DNA from: a virus
Taxonomy: Duplodnaviria > Heunggongvirae > Uroviricota > Caudoviricetes
IMG/VR virus record: IMGVR_UViG_2681813004_000015
Location: 1 to 11,936 of that record
Strand: one strand, 5' to 3'
DNA: 11,936 nt
The notes beneath the pieces are model-generated. The model made no database searches. It saw nothing but the letters and a program-made list of their open reading frames with translations, and was not told the origin of the DNA. How positions within the stretch are numbered: position 1 is the first letter of the stretch; every line of letters begins with the position of its first letter. Made by a program: the position numbers and the translations under genes. Positions 6,987-11,936 of this stretch are shown piece after piece.

Positions 6987-7301
6987 ATGAAAAAGAAAAA
7001 TTCTGGCTTTACTGCCAGCGGTCACGCTCGGCCTGAAATCCGCCCCGGTGATATTTTCCGGGATAAATACGGCAGCACGATAACGATTAAAACCGTCGAT
7101 GATTTTCGTGTGACCTATATCCGCGAAGGTTATGCGCATCCCTGCGTGTCGTCACATATGCGCTTTGACAGGGAGTTCACCTTGGTAAGCAAAGCACCAC
7201 CAGCAGAATTAAGCGACATCGACAGAATCATGCGCGTTACAGGAATGGAACGCATTAAGGCAGTACGTGAAATTATTCGTGAACGGGGAAAGGCAAAATG
7301 A
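6987..7301 (+). CDS. hypothetical protein (104 aa), translationally coupled to the replication protein gene
   Basis: GGAG RBS upstream of ATG 6987; its stop overlaps the start of the downstream 707-aa gene (ATGA at 7298-7301). Confidence 0.55.
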   Translation: MKKKNSGFTASGHARPEIRPGDIFRDKYGSTITIKTVDDFRVTYIREGYAHPCVSSHMRFDREFTLVSKAPPAELSDIDRIMRVTGMERIKAVREIIRERGKAK

Positions 7302-9421
7302 AGCGCGCACCAAACTTAAAGCACCAGCCAGCCGACAAAATGACGGAGGTTATCATCTTTGCGGGTAGTGATGCGTGGAGCCATGCGAAAGAGTGGCAGG
7401 AATGGGCAGGTAAACATATTGCCGCCGACAATGTGCCGCCTGTCGTTCTGTCAGATGAACACCTGAAAGATATTACTGGTTATCAAATTATTGATGATAG
7501 CCGTCAGTGTGTGCGTATTTACCGCGCAGGGCACATCACTGAACGTAGCCTCACACAGATCGTCACGTTGCTGGCTGTGGCTGGCGTGAAGACCGTATAC
7601 GAATACGCGGGGATAACTGACACCAGCCCGGCGGATTTATCCGACCAGTTGCCTCGCCTCAAAGACGAATACGAGCGCGGGGAAAGTCTGGTGTTGCCCT
7701 TAAAGAAAAAAATCACAGAAAGCCCGGGTGATGATGAATTAAAGCCCCGCGTTGAAAGCCGCGCCGATGGTGTTTTCTGGGTAACGCCAAAAGTGGATAA
7801 GCAGTCAGGCGAAATTATCCGGCCTGAAACGTGGTTATGCTCCCCGCTTGAGCTACTGGGAACGGGGACAATCGGCAAAGAGCATTACCGCGTGATGCGC
7901 TGGAAAAAGCCAGCAAACCATGACGTCATCACGATGGCGGTTCCGTGCGGTGGCATTGGCGACCGTGACGGCTGGCGGCTGCTGAAAGACCACGGACTGA
8001 ACGTGACAACCAACGGTAAATACAGGGCTATCCTGGCTGACTGGATGCAGTTAAGCGGAAACCATGAGGAATGGCAGTTAAGCACAACAACGGGCTGGCA
8101 TTTTGGCGCGTACATCATGCCGGACGGTTCGGTCATTGGTGATTGCGAAAAGCCAGTCCTGTTTACCGGAAAAACGGCTGCCGTTAATGGTTATTCCGTG
8201 GCAGGAACGGCGGAGGGCTGGCGCGATACCGTGGCGCGACTGGCTGGTGGTAATCCGTCCATGATGCTGGGTGTGGCGGTATCGCTATCCGCACCATTAA
8301 TCGGGCTGGTGGGTGCTGACGGCTTCGGGGTACATCTTTTCGAACAGTCATCAGCAGGGAAAACCACCACACAGAATATCGCATCCAGTTTATGGGGGGA
8401 GCCGGACGCGCAGCGGCTGACCTGGTACGGTACAGCGTTAGGTATCGCCAACGAGGCAGAGGCACACAACGACGGGCTGTTACCCCTGGATGAAATAGGC
8501 CAGGCCGGAAACGCGCGGGAGGTGTCCACATCGGCCTATACGCTGTTTAACGGTTCCGGGAAATTACAGGGGGCGAAGGACGGCGGCAACCGGGAGATAA
8601 AACACTGGCGAACGGTGGCAATCAGTACCGGAGAAATGGACGTTGAAACATTCCTCAAAACGGAAGGGATAAAAGTCAAGGCGGGGCAGCTTGTCCGCCT
8701 GCTTAACGTGCCAATGGAAAAAGCCACACAATTTCACGAATACAGCACCGGAAAGGCGCACGCAGACGCGTTAAAGGATGCCTGGACAGAAAATCACGGG
8801 GCGGCGGGGCGTGAATGGGTTAAATGGCTGGCAGACCATCAGCAGGAGGCAAAGGACACGGTAAGGACATGCCGTGAGCGGTGGCGCAACCTGATACCGG
8901 AGAGCTACGGCGAACAGGTTCACCGTGTGGGGGAGCGATTTGCCATACTGGAGGCCGCGCTTGTGCTTTCAGGTCATGTTACTGGCTGGGATGAGCAGGA
9001 ATGCCGCGATGCCATACAGCATAATTTTAATGCCTGGGTGAAGGAGTTCGGCACGGGTAACAGGGAGTTTAAACAGATGGTTGAACAGGCAGAGGCTTTT
9101 TTAGCGTCGTTCGGATTCAGCAGATACCTTCCGTGGCCCAACACCGACGAGCGTGATTTACCGATTAAAGAGCTTGCCGGATACAGAAAGGGGAGTATCA
9201 GAAACGAAGATGACGAGTTCCGTTTTTACACGTTCCCGCATGTATTTGAGGGTGAGATAGCACAGGGATTTAATCCGTCTCACTTTGCCCGCGTGTTGAG
9301 TGCTGCCGGAATGCTGGAAGCGGGTAACGATCGCCGTTACAAGAAAAAGGCGCTCGGCAAAATTGGGGGGAAGCAGCATGTTTTTTACGTGCTGATGTTC
9401 CAGCCTGAGGCAGAAGATTAA
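7298..9421 (+). CDS. replication protein: P-loop NTPase of the DUF927 / primase-helicase type (PICI pri-rep-like)
   Basis: 707-aa ORF with Walker A (FEQSSAGKTT) and Walker B (GLLPLDEIGQ) motifs. General resemblance to DUF927-type replicative helicase/primase proteins of satellites and plasmids. Immediately followed by iterons. Confidence 0.8.
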   Translation: MKRAPNLKHQPADKMTEVIIFAGSDAWSHAKEWQEWAGKHIAADNVPPVVLSDEHLKDITGYQIIDDSRQCVRIYRAGHITERSLTQIVTLLAVAGVKTVYEYAGITDTSPADLSDQLPRLKDEYERGESLVLPLKKKITESPGDDELKPRVESRADGVFWVTPKVDKQSGEIIRPETWLCSPLELLGTGTIGKEHYRVMRWKKPANHDVITMAVPCGGIGDRDGWRLLKDHGLNVTTNGKYRAILADWMQLSGNHEEWQLSTTTGWHFGAYIMPDGSVIGDCEKPVLFTGKTAAVNGYSVAGTAEGWRDTVARLAGGNPSMMLGVAVSLSAPLIGLVGADGFGVHLFEQSSAGKTTTQNIASSLWGEPDAQRLTWYGTALGIANEAEAHNDGLLPLDEIGQAGNAREVSTSAYTLFNGSGKLQGAKDGGNREIKHWRTVAISTGEMDVETFLKTEGIKVKAGQLVRLLNVPMEKATQFHEYSTGKAHADALKDAWTENHGAAGREWVKWLADHQQEAKDTVRTCRERWRNLIPESYGEQVHRVGERFAILEAALVLSGHVTGWDEQECRDAIQHNFNAWVKEFGTGNREFKQMVEQAEAFLASFGFSRYLPWPNTDERDLPIKELAGYRKGSIRNEDDEFRFYTFPHVFEGEIAQGFNPSHFARVLSAAGMLEAGNDRRYKKKALGKIGGKQHVFYVLMFQPEAED

Positions 9422-9442
9422 CCCCCTGTGTGAGGTGAAAAG

Positions 9443-9568
9443 TTGCGGGTTATGCGGGTTATCTTGTGTATAAGTGCATTAACTGTATGAATAAAAAGGA
9501 AATCAATAACCCGCACGTAACCCGCAAAACGGCAGTTATAACCCGCAAAAGTGCGATTATAACCCGCA
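9443..9568. repeat. iteron-type replication origin: six copies of ATAACCCGCA-like 10-mer flanking an AT-rich tract
   Basis: Direct copies at 9506-9515, 9517-9526 (GTAACCCGCA), 9538-9547 and 9559-9568, with start-to-start spacings of 11, 21 and 21 bp. Two inverted tandem copies at 9443-9462. AT-rich tract 9463-9505 between them. Confidence 0.65.
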
Positions 9569-9631
9569 GAATTTCACCGTAAGGGTGTAAACAAGCGTAA
9601 CAATCAACGTTAAAACCGGAGAACAGACAGC

Positions 9632-10057
9632 ATGACAGCACAGATAGCGGCTTACGGGCGGCTGGTGGCTGACCCGCAGTTAAAGACCACCAGCAAAGGG
9701 ACACAAATGGCGATGGCGAGTATGGCGGTTCCCCTGCCGTGCAGCCAGGCAGATGACGGAACGGCGACGATGTGGTTATCCGTCCTGGCGTTTGGCAGAC
9801 AGGCCGACGCACTGGCCAGACACCACAAAGGCGAACTGGTGAGCGTGGCGGGTAACATGCAGGTAAGCCAGTGGACAGGCCAGAACGGCGAAACGCGGCA
9901 GGGCTGGCAGGTCATCGCAGACAGCGTAATCAGTGCGCGGACAGTGCGACCGGGCGGCAAAAAAGGCCAGCAGGGCCAGGCTACTGACGCACTGAACAGG
10001 GCAAAACAACAGACAGGCCAGCACGATGATCCGTACGGGGACGGGATACCGTTTTAA
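9632..10057 (+). CDS. ssb: single-stranded DNA-binding protein (short phage/plasmid-type SSB)
   Basis: OB-fold pattern parallels E. coli SSB (GRLVADPQLK..., WLSVLAFGRQADALARHHKGELVSVAGNMQVSQWTGQNGETRQGWQV), a G/Q-rich linker, and C-terminal tail ...DDPYGDGIPF resembling the canonical DDDIPF tip. Confidence 0.82.
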   Translation: MTAQIAAYGRLVADPQLKTTSKGTQMAMASMAVPLPCSQADDGTATMWLSVLAFGRQADALARHHKGELVSVAGNMQVSQWTGQNGETRQGWQVIADSVISARTVRPGGKKGQQGQATDALNRAKQQTGQHDDPYGDGIPF

Positions 10058-10072
10058 GCAGTGAGGTACAGC

Positions 10073-10354
10073 ATGATTAAAGACAGCAAAGCGGAAGAAC
10101 TGGAGGCTAAAGGGCTGTACCGGAGAGCGGCGGCACGTTGGGCTGATGTTATGTGGCTGGTGAGCACTGACAAGGAGCGCGAACAAGTGGCAAAGCGTCG
10201 CGCGGAATGTATCCGTAAGGCAGCGCGCCAACCAGTCATACCGGATAATTTCGGAATACTGAAAGAGGCCATAAACCGCACACATACCGGGATGGGCTTA
10301 CAGAAACCTGGCGGTGAGATGTTCAGGAACTACCCGAAAAAAAGGGATAATTGA
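10073..10354 (+). CDS. perC: PerC-family transcriptional regulator (Pch-like)
   Basis: N-terminus MIKDSKAEELEAKGLYRRAAARWADVM... matches the PerC/Pch signature. GAGG RBS 6 nt upstream of ATG 10073; the track start at 10061 is GTG. Confidence 0.75.
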   Translation: MIKDSKAEELEAKGLYRRAAARWADVMWLVSTDKEREQVAKRRAECIRKAARQPVIPDNFGILKEAINRTHTGMGLQKPGGEMFRNYPKKRDN

Positions 10355-10399
10355 TAACGGTTGTTAACTGTTTCTGGTATCGTGGCAGCAGGAGGAAAC

Positions 10400-10648
10400 A
10401 TGCCAGTGACATTTGAAGAAGTCCAGCAACATAAAAAGTTTCATGGTTTTGATGATCTGGAAACCACGACAGCAAAAAAATATCGCCGTCTGCTTTCTTC
10501 CGATGCGTTGTTTGTTGTGGATCATCATGATTTTCTGCGCAGCTCACTGACCGGGGAAATTTTCGCAACCAACCGTGAGCAGGTGGAAGCGATGATCGAA
10601 TATCTGTGGAAAATAAGGCGCAGAATGCGTGATCCCGTGAAACGGTAG
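10400..10648 (+). CDS. hypothetical small protein (82 aa) downstream of perC
   Basis: Strong AGGAGG RBS 3 nt upstream of ATG 10400; followed by a strong terminator. A second near-identical copy lies at 11165-11413. Confidence 0.6.
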   Translation: MPVTFEEVQQHKKFHGFDDLETTTAKKYRRLLSSDALFVVDHHDFLRSSLTGEIFATNREQVEAMIEYLWKIRRRMRDPVKR

Positions 10649-10652
10649 AATA

Positions 10653-10687
10653 ATAATGGCCTGGTATTTTCCAGGCCATTATTTTTA
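10653..10687. terminator. strong bidirectional intrinsic terminator
   Basis: Perfect 10-bp stem AATGGCCTGG / CCAGGCCATT (10655-10664 / 10671-10680), loop TATTTT, T-run downstream and A-rich tract upstream. Confidence 0.75.
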
Positions 10688-10735
10688 GAAGTGTTGCTGA
10701 ATGAACATTGCTTTTTTCAGTTCATTTTCTGACAT
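10685..10735 (-). pseudogene. remnant of the 157-aa minus-strand gene: first 14 codons only, then deletion junction
   Basis: 10693-10749 matches 11880-11936, which holds the RBS and first codons (MSENELKKAMFIQQ) of the intact gene at 11449-11922. Here the frame ends after 16 codons at the junction with the terminator. Confidence 0.7.
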
Positions 10736-10809
10736 AGTTCGTTCCTCCTGATTAACGAGCAGAAAATGTACGGAACAGCTTATTTATTTTTTCAGGTTTT
10801 GTAAATTAT

Positions 10810-10839
10810 TTGTTCGTGGTTGTTCCAGGTTGTTCACTG
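10810..10839. repeat. three helically phased TTGTTC repeats (10-bp period)
   Basis: TTGTTCGTGG / TTGTTCCAGG / TTGTTCACTG at 10810, 10820 and 10830. On the minus strand they sit just upstream of a TTTACA -35-like hexamer in the leader of the 157-aa gene. Confidence 0.45.
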
Positions 10840-10896
10840 AGCGGATCGGCATATTTTACCCGAACTGAATCATGATTATTCTCGCCCGTGGTGCCA

Positions 10897-11119
10897 GGAC
10901 GTTTGGGCTGATGTTATGTGGCTGGTGAGCACTGACAAGGAGCGCGAACAAGTGGCAAAGCGTCGCGCGGAATGTATCCGTAAGGCAGCACGCCCACCAG
11001 TCATACCGGATAATTTCGGAATACTGAAAGAGGCCATAAACCGCACACATACCGGGATGGGCTTACAGAAACCTGGCGGTGAGATGTTCAGGAACTACCC
11101 GAAAAAAAGGGATAATTGA
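10897..11119 (+). pseudogene. 5'-truncated second copy of perC (lacks first ~21 codons, RBS and start)
   Basis: Homology to perC begins at the codon for ARWADVM. Upstream is unrelated sequence with a 1-nt insertion at the junction. Longest ORF is the internal-Met fragment 10916-11119, which carries one substitution versus copy A (Q to P). Confidence 0.7.
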
Positions 11120-11164
11120 TAACGGTTGTTAACTGTTTCTGGTATCGTGGCAGCAGGAGGAAAC

Positions 11165-11413
11165 ATGCCAGTGACATTTGAAGAAGTCCAGCAACATAAA
11201 AAGTTTCATGGTTTTGATGATCTGGAAACCACGACAGCAAAAAAATATCGCCGTCTGCTTTCTTCCGATGCGTTGTTTGTTGTGGATCATAATGATTTTC
11301 TGCGCAGCTCACTGACCGGGGAAATTTTCGCAACCAACCGTGAGCAGGTGGAAGCGATGATCGAATATCTGTGGAAAATAAGGCGCAGAATGCGTGATCC
11401 CGTGAAACGGTAG
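11165..11413 (+). CDS. hypothetical small protein (82 aa), second copy
   Basis: Same RBS and ORF as 10400-10648 with one amino-acid difference (H to N). Confidence 0.6.
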   Translation: MPVTFEEVQQHKKFHGFDDLETTTAKKYRRLLSSDALFVVDHNDFLRSSLTGEIFATNREQVEAMIEYLWKIRRRMRDPVKR

Positions 11414-11417
11414 AATA

Positions 11418-11451
11418 ATAATGGCCTGGTATTTTCCAGGCCATTTTTTTA
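11418..11451. terminator. strong bidirectional intrinsic terminator, second copy
   Basis: Stem AATGGCCTGG / CCAGGCCATT (11420-11429 / 11436-11445), loop TATTTT, T-run 11444-11450. Serves the converging genes on both strands. Confidence 0.75.
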
Positions 11452-11922
11452 GAAGTCGATCTCTGTATCGCGATTAAATTCATCGCTAAGGTAAAGTGCT
11501 TCGCTTGGGCATTTTCCGTTTTCCAGTAATGTTTCCCAGAAATCTTTATCGAAACACCCCTCAAGATACAGATAGCGGCAGATGTGAAGTAAATCACTTC
11601 GTGTCCATCCGTGCATGCTGCTACTTGTTACACCATATTCACTTTCTAGTTTATAGAATGTGAGCGCCTCCCGGTCATGCCAGGCTTTGCACAGACGATC
11701 GTATATCTTTTTAGCTTTGTTTTTAGATGTGCCGAAAAACTCTTCGTAAATTTCATGTGGGCGAGTAGGAATGCTTCCGTCGCCATCCTGCAAGAAAGGA
11801 TAAACATCTGCCTCCCAGGCATACACGTAAGAATCGCTGAACTCATCATAGTGTTTACCAAGGTGGAGAATCTGCAATCGTTGCTGAATGAACATTGCTT
11901 TTTTCAGTTCATTTTCTGACAT
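11449..11922 (-). CDS. hypothetical acidic, aromatic-rich protein (157 aa), function unknown
   Basis: Minus-strand ORF with AGGAGG RBS (plus 11931-11936) 8 nt upstream of ATG (11922). Converges on the bidirectional terminator. Rich in D/E and Y/F/W. No family recognised by eye. Confidence 0.7.
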   Translation of the reverse strand: MSENELKKAMFIQQRLQILHLGKHYDEFSDSYVYAWEADVYPFLQDGDGSIPTRPHEIYEEFFGTSKNKAKKIYDRLCKAWHDREALTFYKLESEYGVTSSSMHGWTRSDLLHICRYLYLEGCFDKDFWETLLENGKCPSEALYLSDEFNRDTEIDF

Positions 11923-11936
11923 AGTTCGTTCCTCCT

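Larger units (their letters stand above)
10134..10692 (+). repeat. segmental duplication, copy A (3' part of perC + small ORF + terminator)
   Basis: Near-identical to 10897-11456 apart from a few substitutions and single-base indels. Confidence 0.9.
10897..11456 (+). repeat. segmental duplication, copy B
   Basis: Near-identical to 10134-10692; homology begins inside perC, so this copy lacks the perC start. Confidence 0.9.

Noticed and set aside
6385-6988. Minus-strand ORFs (81 and 129 aa) opposite the small-ORF operon
   Set aside because: The apparent internal repeat in the 81-aa ORF is only the reverse reading of the 84-bp duplication; both are antisense to coupled plus-strand genes.
7519-9379. 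Several 60-120-aa minus-strand ORFs inside the replication gene
   Set aside because: All lie antisense within a long, well-supported coding region and have no RBS or terminators; they are typical shadow ORFs.
9459-10285. Minus-strand ORFs of 102-169 aa across the origin, ssb and perC
   Set aside because: Antisense to genes with clear homology and running through the iteron region; no translation signals.
11646-11919. Overlapping ORFs (71 aa minus, 80 aa plus) inside the 157-aa gene
   Set aside because: Contained within or antisense to the longer ORF, which has a strong RBS and terminator.

Overview
The window appears to be a junction between two mobile elements. Positions 1-2545 carry the tail of a lambdoid/HK97-like prophage late region: Rz with embedded Rz1, an HNH endonuclease, terS, and a terL that stops being terminase-like near nt 2545. 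From about 2546 to the window end lies a P4-integrase-family integrative island with a PICI-like (phage-satellite-like) layout: tyrosine integrase, two tandem AlpA-family genes, a Bro-N protein, a divergent ribbon-helix-helix repressor with operator repeats, an operon of five small coupled ORFs, a 707-aa P-loop replication protein, an iteron origin, SSB, and a PerC-family regulator. The right end holds a ~1.2 kb segmental tandem duplication with different decay in each copy. The island's right boundary is not in the window. All family assignments are from reading the translations and motifs by eye; no database search was run. Main leads: the island abutting a truncated terL, the iteron origin, the repressor/operator switch, a candidate small RNA, a cluster of Chi octamers, and an 84-bp in-frame tandem duplication.
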